A stretch of DNA of 62,038 nucleotides, counting the filler, from Coriobacteriales bacterium (GTDB taxonomy: Bacteria; Actinomycetota; Coriobacteriia; Coriobacteriales; UBA8131): assembly GCA_031263105.1 (NCBI GenBank). It is 6 parts of 6 records of this genome, joined end to end, with 100 filler letters (N's around TTAATTAATTAA, not from the genome) between each part and the next. Parts side by side here need not be neighbours in the genome. Positions count along the whole stretch, not along the records: positions 33,357 to 53,891 come from JAISGJ010000244.1; positions 53,992 to 58,400 come from JAISGJ010000166.1; positions 58,501 to 62,038 come from JAISGJ010000185.1; 3 more parts are not named here. One strand, given 5' to 3'. The notes below the pieces were generated by a model. That model was not told the DNA's origin and did no database searches. It saw nothing but the letters and a program-made list of their open reading frames with translations. Below, one piece after another: positions 50,959 to 60,611 of the stretch (the first letter of the stretch is position 1; every line of letters starts with the position of its first letter). Made by a program: the position numbers and the translations under genes.

Positions 50959-50981
50959 CTCACAGAGAAGCCGAGAAGCTG

Positions 50982-51035
50982 TTATGAATAAATGTACTAT
51001 AAGTATTGACAATAATGAGAATTATGTGCTAGAAT
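50982..51035 (+). promoter_or_regulatory. arg operon promoter with possible ARG box
   Basis: TTGACA (51006)-18 bp-TAGAAT (51030); AT-rich TATGAATAAATGTACTA upstream resembles an ArgR box. Confidence 0.55.
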
Positions 51036-51099
51036 ACCAAAATATTGCGATTGAAGGAGCGACATGCACCTCACGGAAAAGAAGGGCGGGCAGAGGCAT

Positions 51100-52182
51100 A
51101 TGAAGAACGTTGCGGTCATTGGCGGCGCCGGCTATGCCGGCATCGAGCTGGTGCGCTATCTGCTGGGGCATCCTGGGTTCGACCTTGTCGCTGTGACCTC
51201 GGACCAAGACGCGGGCACGGCGCTTGCGGAGCTCTATCCCGCCTTGACGGGCCGGACGGACCTGGCGTTCGTCGGACACGGTGTTGTGGACGGCATGGCG
51301 GAGCTTGACGCGGCCTTTTTGGCCGTGCCCCATACGGCGGCCATGGAGATGGCCCCGGCCCTGCTCGGGCGCGGGATATGCGTGTTCGACCTCAGTGCCG
51401 ACTTCCGCCTGAAGGACGCTGCCGTCTACGAGCGCTTCTATGGCGCACGGCACAGCGCGCCCGAACTGCTCGCCCAGGCCGTCTATGGCCTTCCAGAGGT
51501 CAACCGCCCTTTGCTCAAGCAGCAGGCCCAAGGCCGGGAAGGCACCCCGGCATCCGTGCCCCGTTCTGCCTTGGTGGCCTGTCCCGGCTGCTATCCGACG
51601 GCCAGCACGCTCGCGCTCGCGCCCGCCCTTGCCGCCGGCTTCGCCGCAGAGGGCACGGCCGTCGTCAACGCCGTCTCGGGCGTCTCGGGCGCGGGACGCA
51701 CGCCCCGGCAGGGCAACCACTTCTGCAGCGCGAACGAGAACGTGAACGCCTACGGGGTCGCGACGCATCGGCATCTTCCCGAGATAGCCCAGGTGCTTGC
51801 CTGGCAGGCAGGCAGGCGCGTGCCGGTCGTGTTCACGCCTCATCTGGCGCCGCTCACGCGGGGGCTGCTCGCCACGGCGACGCTCCCGCTCGGGCCCGGC
51901 GCGTGCGCCCGAGCGCTCGAGGACGCCTATGGGGCGGCCTATGAGGAGGAGACGTTCGTGCAGCTTCTGCCCTATGGGACCATGCCGCGGACCGCAAGCG
52001 TCGTGGGAACCAACAACGCACAGGTCGGCATAGTGCTCGACGAGGGGAACAACGTGCTCGTCGCCAGTTGCGCCATCGACAACCTGGGCAAAGGGGCCGC
52101 CTCTCAGGCCGTCCAATGTGCGAACATCGTGTTTGGCTTCGAGGAGGCCCAGGGCCTCGTCACGAACCCTGGCGTGGTATGA
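51100..52182 (+). CDS. argC: N-acetyl-gamma-glutamyl-phosphate reductase
   Basis: GGAGYAG, FLAVPH, DLSADFRL, PGCYPT, SGVSGAG, HRHLPEI, DNLGKGAA. Confidence 0.97.
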   Translation: MKNVAVIGGAGYAGIELVRYLLGHPGFDLVAVTSDQDAGTALAELYPALTGRTDLAFVGHGVVDGMAELDAAFLAVPHTAAMEMAPALLGRGICVFDLSADFRLKDAAVYERFYGARHSAPELLAQAVYGLPEVNRPLLKQQAQGREGTPASVPRSALVACPGCYPTASTLALAPALAAGFAAEGTAVVNAVSGVSGAGRTPRQGNHFCSANENVNAYGVATHRHLPEIAQVLAWQAGRRVPVVFTPHLAPLTRGLLATATLPLGPGACARALEDAYGAAYEEETFVQLLPYGTMPRTASVVGTNNAQVGIVLDEGNNVLVASCAIDNLGKGAASQAVQCANIVFGFEEAQGLVTNPGVV

Positions 52183-52199
52183 GGGAATGTGACGAGGAT

Positions 52200-53783
52200 A
52201 TGACTGTGGAGACAAGCGTGGCGCTTGGGGCGGAGGGCCGCCCCGCCCCGCCTTCTCTGTCCCGCCCGCCCGCCCCGCCCGCCCTGTCCCCCGTCGAGGG
52301 CGGCCTTGGTGCGGTGCGCGGCCTGCGGTGCGCGGGGGTGTCTGCGGGCTTTCGTCGCAACCCCGAGCGCAAGGACCTCGCGCTTGTCGTCACGCAGCGG
52401 CCTGCCGTTGCCGCAGGGGTCTTCACGCAGAACCTGTTCTGCGCCGCGCCGGTCGTCGTGTCGCGGCGGCACCTTGAGCAGGCGGCCCTGCCTGCAGGCG
52501 ACGCGGCGAGTGCGGTCGCAGGCGGTGCCCCTGCCTTCGCCGTCTCTGCAAGCGGCGCGGCTGCTGCGGCCACACCCCCTGCTTCCGCAGGCGACGCTCC
52601 CGCAGACAGTTCCGCCGCCCCTGCTCCCGGCATCCGCGCCATCGTCCTCAACTCGGGCAACGCGAACGCGGCGACCGGCGAGGCAGGCATGCGCTGCGCC
52701 CTCGGCACCGCCCGTATCGTCGCGGAGCATCTGGGCTGCGAGCCGCATCAGGTGCTCGTCGCCTCGACGGGCGTCATCGGCGTCCCGCTCGTGGAGGCCC
52801 CCTTCGTCACCGGCATCCCGCTCGCCCTTGCCGCGCTGGGCGCTGCCGACGGCACGGCAGCGGAGGCAGGCCTCGCCGCCGCCTCGGCAATCATGACGAC
52901 CGACACGCACCCCAAGCAGGCGGCGCTCACCTTTACGGCACAGGGGACGGCACAGGGGGGGACAGCACAGGGGACAGCACAGGGGGACGGTTCTTTTGTG
53001 CTGCCGGAAGGGACTCGAAGCCGTTGTGGCAGCACAAAAGAACCGTCCCCCTGTGCTGTCCCGTCCGAGTCCTCCCGCACCTACACCATCGGCGGCATGG
53101 TCAAGGGCTCCGGCATGATACAGCCGGACATGGCGACCCTGCTCGGCGTGCTCGCGACCGATGCGCCCCTTACCCAGGAGGCGGCCCAACGTGCGCTCAG
53201 GCGGGCCGTGGACGTCACGTTCAACAAGGTGACCGTCGATTCCGACACCTCCACCAACGACAGCGTCTACCTGCTGGCGACAGGTGCGGCCGCAGGCCCG
53301 CCCGTCTCGGTGGACGGGCCGCTCTTCGAGCCTTTCGTCCTGGCGCTCACCGCGCTGTGCGAGGACCTTGCACGGCAGATCGCCGCCGACGGGGAGGGCG
53401 CCACCAAGCTCGTCACTGTGAACGTCACGGGCGCCTCCGACGACGCACAGGCGGACCGTGCGGGCCGGGCCGTCGCGAACTCGCCCTTGGTCAAGACCGC
53501 CATCGCCGGCCACGACGCCAACTGGGGGCGCATCGCCATGGCGATCGGCAAGAGCGGTGCGGCGTTTCGGCAGCAGGACGTGGGCATCACGGTCATGGGC
53601 ATCCCGGTGTGCGAAGGCGGCCTGCCCGTCCCCTTCGACGAGGACGAGGCGCTGCGTCGCTTCGAGGGCCGCCCGGAGGTCGTCATCGACATCGACCTCG
53701 GTGCCGGCGCAGGCAGCGCCCGCCTGTGGACCTGCGACTTGACGCACGGCTACGTCTCCATCAACGGGGACTACCGGACGTAG
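52200..53783 (+). CDS. argJ: Bifunctional glutamate N-acetyltransferase / ornithine acetyltransferase with two in-frame insertions
   Basis: FTQN.F.AAP, NSGNANA.TG, STGVIG, IMTTD, KGSGMIQPDMAT, DGEGATK, DANWGR, CDLT..YV.IN.DY; start may be 52179. Confidence 0.95.
   Translation: MTVETSVALGAEGRPAPPSLSRPPAPPALSPVEGGLGAVRGLRCAGVSAGFRRNPERKDLALVVTQRPAVAAGVFTQNLFCAAPVVVSRRHLEQAALPAGDAASAVAGGAPAFAVSASGAAAAATPPASAGDAPADSSAAPAPGIRAIVLNSGNANAATGEAGMRCALGTARIVAEHLGCEPHQVLVASTGVIGVPLVEAPFVTGIPLALAALGAADGTAAEAGLAAASAIMTTDTHPKQAALTFTAQGTAQGGTAQGTAQGDGSFVLPEGTRSRCGSTKEPSPCAVPSESSRTYTIGGMVKGSGMIQPDMATLLGVLATDAPLTQEAAQRALRRAVDVTFNKVTVDSDTSTNDSVYLLATGAAAGPPVSVDGPLFEPFVLALTALCEDLARQIAADGEGATKLVTVNVTGASDDAQADRAGRAVANSPLVKTAIAGHDANWGRIAMAIGKSGAAFRQQDVGITVMGIPVCEGGLPVPFDEDEALRRFEGRPEVVIDIDLGAGAGSARLWTCDLTHGYVSINGDYRT
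52938..53062. repeat. GGGGACGG-family palindromic element inside argJ
   Basis: Perfect 35-bp inverted repeat 52971-53005 / 53028-53062, preceded by tandem GCACAGGGGAC units. Confidence 0.9.
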
Positions 53784-53796
53784 GGAGACGATGGAT

Positions 53797-53891
53797 AACC
53801 ATCCCGAGCCCCCCCCCCCCCTGCCATCCCGGGCCGCAGTTGGTCGCTTCGCGACCAAGGATTCCTCGGCAGGCTCGGAATGACAGGGGGG
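53797..53891. repeat. Partial TGTCAT-family element
   Basis: GGATTCCTCGGCAGGCTCGGAATGACAG right arm at contig end. Confidence 0.8.
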
Positions 53892-53991
53892 NNNNNNNNN
53901 NNNNNNNNNNNNNNNNNNNNNNNNNNNNNNNNNNNTTAATTAATTAANNNNNNNNNNNNNNNNNNNNNNNNNNNNNNNNNNNNNNNNNNNN
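53892..53991. other. Artificial contig linker
   Basis: N-TTAATTAATTAA-N. Confidence 0.99.
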
Positions 53992-54264
53992 TCGGCAGGC
54001 TCGGGATGACAGTGGAGATGAAGGAATGCAGGAAAGGAGACTGAGACTTGGCACGTCGAGGATCCCTCGGCAGGCTCGGGATGACAGTGGAGATGAAGGA
54101 ATGCAGGAAAGGAGACTGAGACTTGGCACGTCGAGGATCCCTCGGCAGGCTCGGGATGACAGTGGGGCTCGGGTAGATGACAGTGGGGCTCGGGTAGATG
54201 ACAGTGGGGCTCGGGTAGATGACAGTGGGGCTCGGGTAGATGACAGTGGGGTGTGAACAGTAAC
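53992..54264. repeat. TGTCAT-family array: two 75-bp tandem units plus four 21-bp arm units
   Basis: TCGGCAGGCTCGGGATGACAGTGG... repeated; GGGGCTCGGGTAGATGACAGT x4; terminal GGGGTGTGAACAGTAAC. Confidence 0.88.
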
Positions 54265-54414
54265 GGCACAGCCGCGTCGCAGCCGCGTCGCAGCCGCGTC
54301 GCACGGGTAGACACATGTCATTTTGGGGCCGATATGCGATAATGGGACACAAGCTATCGACATCCCCAGGAGGGAGTGCCGAACCGAATGCTGTTGTTGA
54401 GGCAGGGTGTGAAT

Positions 54415-55218
54415 ATGGCAAACAACGGACTTCTCTCCATTCATGAGTTCTCGAAGCTTGCAGAGATCAAGGCCTCGTCGCTGCGCTACTATGACGAGCT
54501 GGGCCTGTTCGCCCCCTGTGAGCGCAGTGCAAGCAACTACCGCTACTATTCCCCCCAGCAGGTCACTGCCATCAAGGCCATCAACCTGCTGCAGGACATG
54601 GGTGTCTCCGTCAGGGACATCGCCCGGATTTCTCAGAACCGCAGCCCTGAGACCGTGCTGCACATTATCGGGCAGCATACGGACGACCTGCAGGCCCAGG
54701 CGGACGAGATCAGGCGGAAGTTGGGCGTCCTGCATACCTATGAGGACCTGATCCATACGGCCATGGCCGCCGACGAGGCCTTGATAGAGGTGCGTCGCTT
54801 GGAGGAGCATCCGTTGGCGCTGGGGTCTAAGACGGCGCATCCGCCCTCGTCGGACCGCTTCTACCCTGAGTTCGTCGACTTCTGTGCGGAGGCTTCGAGC
54901 CTGGGCATCGATCTGAGCTATCCGGTCGGCGGGCTGTTCGACAGCCTTGAGGATTTTCTGCAAGACCCTGACCGGCCGAACTGCTTTTTCTCCTACTGCC
55001 CCGATGGCGAGCAGGCAAGGCCTGCGGGCGACTATCTGGTCGCCTATCATCGCGGGCACTATGGGCAGGCTCAGAGCCTCCCTTCGCGCATCAGGGCGTA
55101 CATCGACACGCACCATATCGAGGTCACCGGCCCCGTGTACAACGTGTTCGTGCTCGACGAGATAACGATGATCGAGCGTGACGACTACCTGCTTCAGTTC
55201 TCCGTCCGTGTGATATAG
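54415..55218 (+). CDS. MerR-family regulator with GyrI-like effector domain (BmrR-like)
   Basis: LSIHEFSKL...SLRYYDELGLF.P...NYRYYS; C-terminal PAGDYLVAYHRG.Y. Confidence 0.9.
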   Translation: MANNGLLSIHEFSKLAEIKASSLRYYDELGLFAPCERSASNYRYYSPQQVTAIKAINLLQDMGVSVRDIARISQNRSPETVLHIIGQHTDDLQAQADEIRRKLGVLHTYEDLIHTAMAADEALIEVRRLEEHPLALGSKTAHPPSSDRFYPEFVDFCAEASSLGIDLSYPVGGLFDSLEDFLQDPDRPNCFFSYCPDGEQARPAGDYLVAYHRGHYGQAQSLPSRIRAYIDTHHIEVTGPVYNVFVLDEITMIERDDYLLQFSVRVI

Positions 55219-55413
55219 GCGTGCTGCAGGCTTTCGCCCTTTCGCGAATGACGAGGGTGTGGCGTTTTATGACGTTGGCCCGAGCGAATGGGGTGTGAAT
55301 GGAGTGCGAGTGGGGTTACGAAACCAGGTCCAATAGGTATAATAAGCTGTTCTGTAAAGCATGAAGCACGTGAAGCAAGCAACCGGCACTTCCCAGAGGA
55401 TCCAGGAAAAGCA

Positions 55414-58200
55414 GTGAAAGGAAAACCCCTTCGCTTACTGCTGTCCTTCCTTCTAGTCGCGCTACTGGTGCCGCAGACAGCGGCATACGCCGTAGACGAG
55501 GGGCAACTGTCACAGGTGCAGCCCTCCCAAGATGGGGAGGGCGGCTTCGCCACGCTCGCCGACGCCACGCTCGCCGACGCGGCCGCCGAGCTGCCCGACG
55601 ACCCTGCCTCCTACGTCGAGGGCGAGGTCATCGTCGTGCTGGCGGGGGAGGCCCCCGAGGCCGCCGAGACGGCCGCCGTCGAGGAGTCCGTGGCGGAGCT
55701 CTCCGGGCAGGGCGCCGAGGCGGTGGCCGTGGAGGTGATCTCCGAGGGGCCCGCCTCCGATGCCGCCCCCGCTCCCGGCACCGCCCCCGCCCCCGACGGC
55801 CCCACGGTGCTCGTCGGCCTCCCTGCGGACGTCCCGGTCGAGGACGCCCTCCTGCAGCTTGCCAACGACGAGAGCGTCGCCTTCGTGCAGCCGAACTACC
55901 TCTACACCCTCGTCGACGATGTTCCCGGCACCGGCGGCGGTGCTGCCGACGGCTCCGCTGGCGACCTCTCGCCGCTCGCCACGACGATCGACGACCCCTT
56001 TGCCCAGCCTACAGGCACCCCTGGTTCTGGCTGGTGGCTGCAGAACGTCAAGGCCTTCGATGCCTGGGATCTCCAGAAGGTCGAGGGTTCTGTCGCCATC
56101 GCCATATTCGATACCGGCATCCGCTTGGACCACAACGACCTCAAGGACAACGTCCTCACCAGCCTCGCCTGGGATGCAGTGGGCGAACAACCGCTCGCAG
56201 CCGTGGCAGGGACGGGGGACATAGACACAGAAAACGGCCACGGGACGCACGTCGCGGGCATCGCCGCAGCGCGGGCGAACAACGGCCATCTTGTCGCCGG
56301 TGTCTCGTACAACGCGAAGATACTGCCCGTCAAGGTGTTCTGTCGCAATGCGGAGAACAAGCTGGCTGGCTCGACGTCTGATGTGGTGAAGGCCTATGAC
56401 TACGTCATGGCGCGCAATGCGGACTCTGCCGCCAACGTCCGCGTCGTCAACCTGAGCCTCGGCAGCTCCTCTCCTGACACGGCACTTCACAACAAGATCG
56501 TCGCGGCCAAAAGCGCAGGCATACTCACTGTTGCCAGTGCGGGCAACGATGCCACTAAGCCGGAGAACATCGGCTCGGACGGCAATTCGCTTCCCAACTA
56601 CCCTTCCGACCATCCTGAGGTCACTGCGGTGACGGCTGTGGACAGGAACAACCAGCGGGCCTCTTTCAGCCAATACAACGATGCGAAGGACATAGCCGCA
56701 CCAGGGGTGAGCATCGCAAGCACCTCTGGCACGGGCGCGGATAACTCCGTCGAGAAATCAGGCACGTCGATGGCCGCCCCCGTCGTCTCAGGGGTTGCCG
56801 CCCTCCTGTTTGCGCAGGATCCCACACTGACCCCTGCCCAGGCTCAGCAGGTCCTCTACGGCACCGCCGTCGATCTTGGCGACCCCGGCAAGGACACGTA
56901 TTACGGTCATGGTCTCGTGGACGCGTATGCCGCGCTCGAAAGCCTCGTGGAGGTCATCGTTACGCATACGGTCACCTTCGATTCACAGGGCGGCAGCAGT
57001 ACGCCTTCGAGCGTTACGAGAGACCACGATACAGAGATCGGCGCCTTGCCCGTCGTCTCCCGCATCGGCCACAGCTTCCTCGGCTGGCACACGGAGGCCC
57101 AGGACGGCACGGAGGTCACCGCTGCCACGACGGTGACGGCAGACGTCACCTACTTTGCGCATTGGAAGGCCAACACCTATACGGTGACGTTCAAGGATTA
57201 CAACGGCATCGTCGACGTGCAGTCCGTCGCCTATGGCGCTGCGGCCACGGCACCCTCGGTGCCGCCCCGCACCGGCTATGCCTTCGAGGCGTGGGACAGG
57301 CCCTTCTCGAACGTGACCTCGTCTTTCGTCGTCAACGCGCGGTACAAGATACGTACCTGCACGGTGACCTTCGATGCCAACAGCGCCGACGTCGCGTCCC
57401 CGAGCCGCGAAAGGACCTACGGGTCGGCCTTGGGCAACCTGCCCACGCTCACCCGCGCCGGCTATACGTTCCAAGGCTGGTACCTCACGCGGACGGGCGG
57501 CTGGCAGATAGCGCCTACCGTGACGGTCACGGGGGACGTCACCTACTACGCCCACTGGGAGGCCAACACCTACACGGTCACCTTCAAGGGCTATGGCAAC
57601 AAGGTGCTCGGCACGCCGCAGAAGGTGGGCTACGGGGCTGCGGCACGTGCCCCCGCCGCATCGTCCGTCCCTGCTCCCACCGGCTATCGCTTCGCGAGTT
57701 GGGACAAGAGCTTCGTGCGCGTGACCTCAGACCTCACCGTCACCGCGAAGTATCAGAAAAGCATCTACACCGTGACCCTCAACGCCAACGGCGGCAAGGC
57801 CTCGATAACCTCTGCGAAGCGTGCCTACGCGTCGGCTTTGGGCAGGCTCCCCACGCCCAAGCGCACGGGCTACACGTTCCAGGGCTGGTACACCGGCAAG
57901 AAGCTCGGCCAGAAGGTCTCCGCCACCACGAGGGTCACGAAGAACGTCACGCTCTACGCCCATTGGGAGAAGAGCGTCTACATCGTAAAGCTCAACGCCA
58001 ACGGCGGCAAGGTGGGCAAGGCCTCGACCTCCTCCCTAAAGAGGACCCACGGCTCGAAGCTCGTCAAGCTCCCCGTTCCCAAGCGCACCGGCTACACGTT
58101 CCAGGGTTGGTACACCGGCAAGAAGGTCGGCCATAAGGTCGTCTCCACCACGAAGGTGACCAAGGGCGTCACGCTCTACGCCCACTGGAAGAAGCTGTGA
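55414..58200 (+). CDS. Secreted S8 subtilisin-like serine protease with C-terminal InlB B-type (Listeria-Bacteroides) repeats
   Basis: Signal peptide, AIFDTG / HGTHVAG / GTSMAAP triad, ASAGN; six VTF/L...P.RTGY.F.GW...LYAHW-type repeats. Confidence 0.93.
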   Translation: MKGKPLRLLLSFLLVALLVPQTAAYAVDEGQLSQVQPSQDGEGGFATLADATLADAAAELPDDPASYVEGEVIVVLAGEAPEAAETAAVEESVAELSGQGAEAVAVEVISEGPASDAAPAPGTAPAPDGPTVLVGLPADVPVEDALLQLANDESVAFVQPNYLYTLVDDVPGTGGGAADGSAGDLSPLATTIDDPFAQPTGTPGSGWWLQNVKAFDAWDLQKVEGSVAIAIFDTGIRLDHNDLKDNVLTSLAWDAVGEQPLAAVAGTGDIDTENGHGTHVAGIAAARANNGHLVAGVSYNAKILPVKVFCRNAENKLAGSTSDVVKAYDYVMARNADSAANVRVVNLSLGSSSPDTALHNKIVAAKSAGILTVASAGNDATKPENIGSDGNSLPNYPSDHPEVTAVTAVDRNNQRASFSQYNDAKDIAAPGVSIASTSGTGADNSVEKSGTSMAAPVVSGVAALLFAQDPTLTPAQAQQVLYGTAVDLGDPGKDTYYGHGLVDAYAALESLVEVIVTHTVTFDSQGGSSTPSSVTRDHDTEIGALPVVSRIGHSFLGWHTEAQDGTEVTAATTVTADVTYFAHWKANTYTVTFKDYNGIVDVQSVAYGAAATAPSVPPRTGYAFEAWDRPFSNVTSSFVVNARYKIRTCTVTFDANSADVASPSRERTYGSALGNLPTLTRAGYTFQGWYLTRTGGWQIAPTVTVTGDVTYYAHWEANTYTVTFKGYGNKVLGTPQKVGYGAAARAPAASSVPAPTGYRFASWDKSFVRVTSDLTVTAKYQKSIYTVTLNANGGKASITSAKRAYASALGRLPTPKRTGYTFQGWYTGKKLGQKVSATTRVTKNVTLYAHWEKSVYIVKLNANGGKVGKASTSSLKRTHGSKLVKLPVPKRTGYTFQGWYTGKKVGHKVVSTTKVTKGVTLYAHWKKL

Positions 58201-58213
58201 CAGTGGAAGGCCC

Positions 58214-58400
58214 GTTACCGTCCACGCCCCACTGTCATTCCGAGCGCAGCGAAGCGAAGCCGAGGAATCTGTTACTGTTCACACCCTACTGTCATTCCGA
58301 GCGAAGCCGAGGAATCTTTGGGCGCATCAGCGCCCAACCGGGCCAGTTGGCTGCTTCGCGTTCCGTGGGCCTGTCGGTTCCATGGGCTCACCCGCTGCTT
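58214..58400. repeat. Nested TGTCAT-family left arms (truncated)
   Basis: GTTACCGTCCACGCCCCACTGTCATTCCGAGCG followed by GTTACTGTTCACACCCTACTGTCATTCCGAGCG. Confidence 0.85.
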
Positions 58401-58500
58401 NNNNNNNNNNNNNNNNNNNNNNNNNNNNNNNNNNNNNNNNNNNNTTAATTAATTAANNNNNNNNNNNNNNNNNNNNNNNNNNNNNNNNNNNNNNNNNNNN
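58401..58500. other. Artificial contig linker
   Basis: N-TTAATTAATTAA-N. Confidence 0.99.
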
Positions 58501-60596
58501 TCGCGATCTGGGCCACGTCGGTCAACCAGGACACGAACGCCTACTACCAGAACCTGTACTACGCCATAGTGAACCCCGCCTCCACGGCCCCGAAGGCCAC
58601 CACCTGGATGTCGAACCCCATCGCCTCTTGGGGCGACTCCAACAACTCCCGGAGCAACAAGGGCAACGTCAGCACGGGCGCGCTCACCATAGCGGGCCTC
58701 GAGTACGGCCCCGAGATAATCTTCGGCGCCAACAAGCTCACCAACTGGCAGGACGAGGACCCGACCGGCGCGGGCTCGCAGACCTATATCAACAGCTACC
58801 TGGCGGGCGGCGCCGAGCCGGGCTACGCCCCCGTCTTCACGAGCAACGACGCCACGAACATCTGGGCGCAGGTCTACACGATGGGCCGCCTGGCCGACGT
58901 CGCCCGGGGCCTGATGGCCGCAGGCGACAAGGGGGTCCGCTACGGCAACACCCCCATGCCCTCGGCCGTGGACTACGAGAAGGCCGTCCGGGGCAACCTG
59001 CTCTGGGTGGCCTCCCGGATAGACTCCGGGGCCGCCCAGAGGAAGACCGTCGCCTACCTCTACTCCATCGACGGGATCGAGCCGGACGGCTCGGACGGCA
59101 CGGGCTACTTCCTCGCCCCCCAGGCCTCGGGCCTGCTCGAGGGAGACGACACGGGCGCCGACCCCGCCGTCCCCGGCCCCGGCTACGCCGCCAACAACGG
59201 CACCATAGGCTACGGCTACCGCGCGACCCTGCCCCTCGTCACCGACACCTTCGACTCCGGCGCCCCCTTCCCCGGCGGCATCGTCATGGCCGTCGAGAAC
59301 ATCTACAGGGCAAACCCCGCCTGCGTCGTGCCCTACGCCGACCAGACGGCGCTCGCGGGCGTGGACGCCGTCGTCTACAACTCCACGCAGCTCACCTCCC
59401 TCCACGGCACGACGGACGGCAGGAACAGCTCCGGCGTGGGCATCAACCCGAACTACCGGGCCAACGGCTTCGCGCTCGTGTCCGCCTGGCTCGCCGCCCA
59501 CGGCTTCACGGGCACCGCCATAGCAGGCGACGACTTCGCCACGAGCGCGAGCCAGGGCGTCGGCGCCGTCAACACGACCGCGGACGGCATGTCGCCCCTG
59601 CTGTACTGCCAGCGCAACTACACCGCCGACAAGAACGCCAAGGCCGCCTGGGCCTTCGCGCGGGTCTACCCCGAGCTCTACGGCGGCAACCCCGACGCCA
59701 CCTACTGCTGGTGGGTGGACAGGGTCTACCACGTGAACCTGGCCGACGTGCCGACGGTCGCGAGGTACATGCTCAACAAGACCGGCGCCGTCACCTACAC
59801 CCAGACCACCGCCGCATCCCTCGAAGAACGCTTCGAGGAGGGCCGCCAGTGGTGGGATGCCACAGGCTCCGCCGACCCCTACTGGTCGCAGTTCGCGTAC
59901 TACAACGGCTCCTCGCGCGCGTCCCTGTACTCGGACGAGCGCGACAGCGAGGAGGAGGAGGACGTCGTCGGCATCCTCGCCCCCTCGCAGTTCTGGACGG
60001 GTCCCGCGCTCCCGTCGTCGAACAGCGTCTCGGTCACACGCGTCGAGCAGGAGATGGACAACTGGTGCTGGGCCGCCTCGGCCGAGATGGTGGGGAGGTC
60101 CCTCTACCCGCAGGGCGCCAGGACGCAGTGGGACGTGGTGTTCGACAGGGCCGGCGTCACCGGGTGGCACGACCAGCTCCTCGAGCGCGCCTACGGCTAC
60201 ATCTACGACTTCCTGCTCGACGTCGGCATAGACGCCGGGTGGGCGCTGGACCAGGGGGGCACCCTCGCAGACATCGCTGCGGGCATCGAGCACGTCGCCT
60301 GCGGCACGGTGAGCGCAAGCTCGGGGGCCGTGCTGCCCATGTCCTCGCACTATGCCGAGATAGACTCGGGCCGGCCCGTGGTCGCCTTCGTGGAGTGGCA
60401 GAGCGGCGGCGCGCACGCCGTGGTGGTGAGCGGGTACAGGGGCCGGGGCACGAGCAACACGCGCCTCGTCCTCATCGACCCCGCAGAGGGCTGTGATGCG
60501 ATACTGCCTTTTTCATACGCCTCTCTGATTGCAGGCACGTGCACCCTTCTGAGCGGCAGCAACGCGGATTACACCCACAGCGTGTGGGTCTCCTGA
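58501..60596 (+). CDS. 5'-truncated large (probably surface) protein with C-terminal papain-fold cysteine peptidase-like (C39/C70-like) domain
   Basis: Frame open from the contig edge; EQEMDNWCWAAS (Q, C), GAHAVVVSGY (H), LIDP (D). Confidence 0.75.
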
Positions 60597-60611
60597 GAGG
60601 GGGTGGTCTGT

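Noticed and set aside
46922..54036. Shared 14-mer GGAATGCAGGAAAG between the candidate RNA and the 75-bp repeat unit
   Set aside because: A 14-nt match somewhere in 62 kb is expected by chance.
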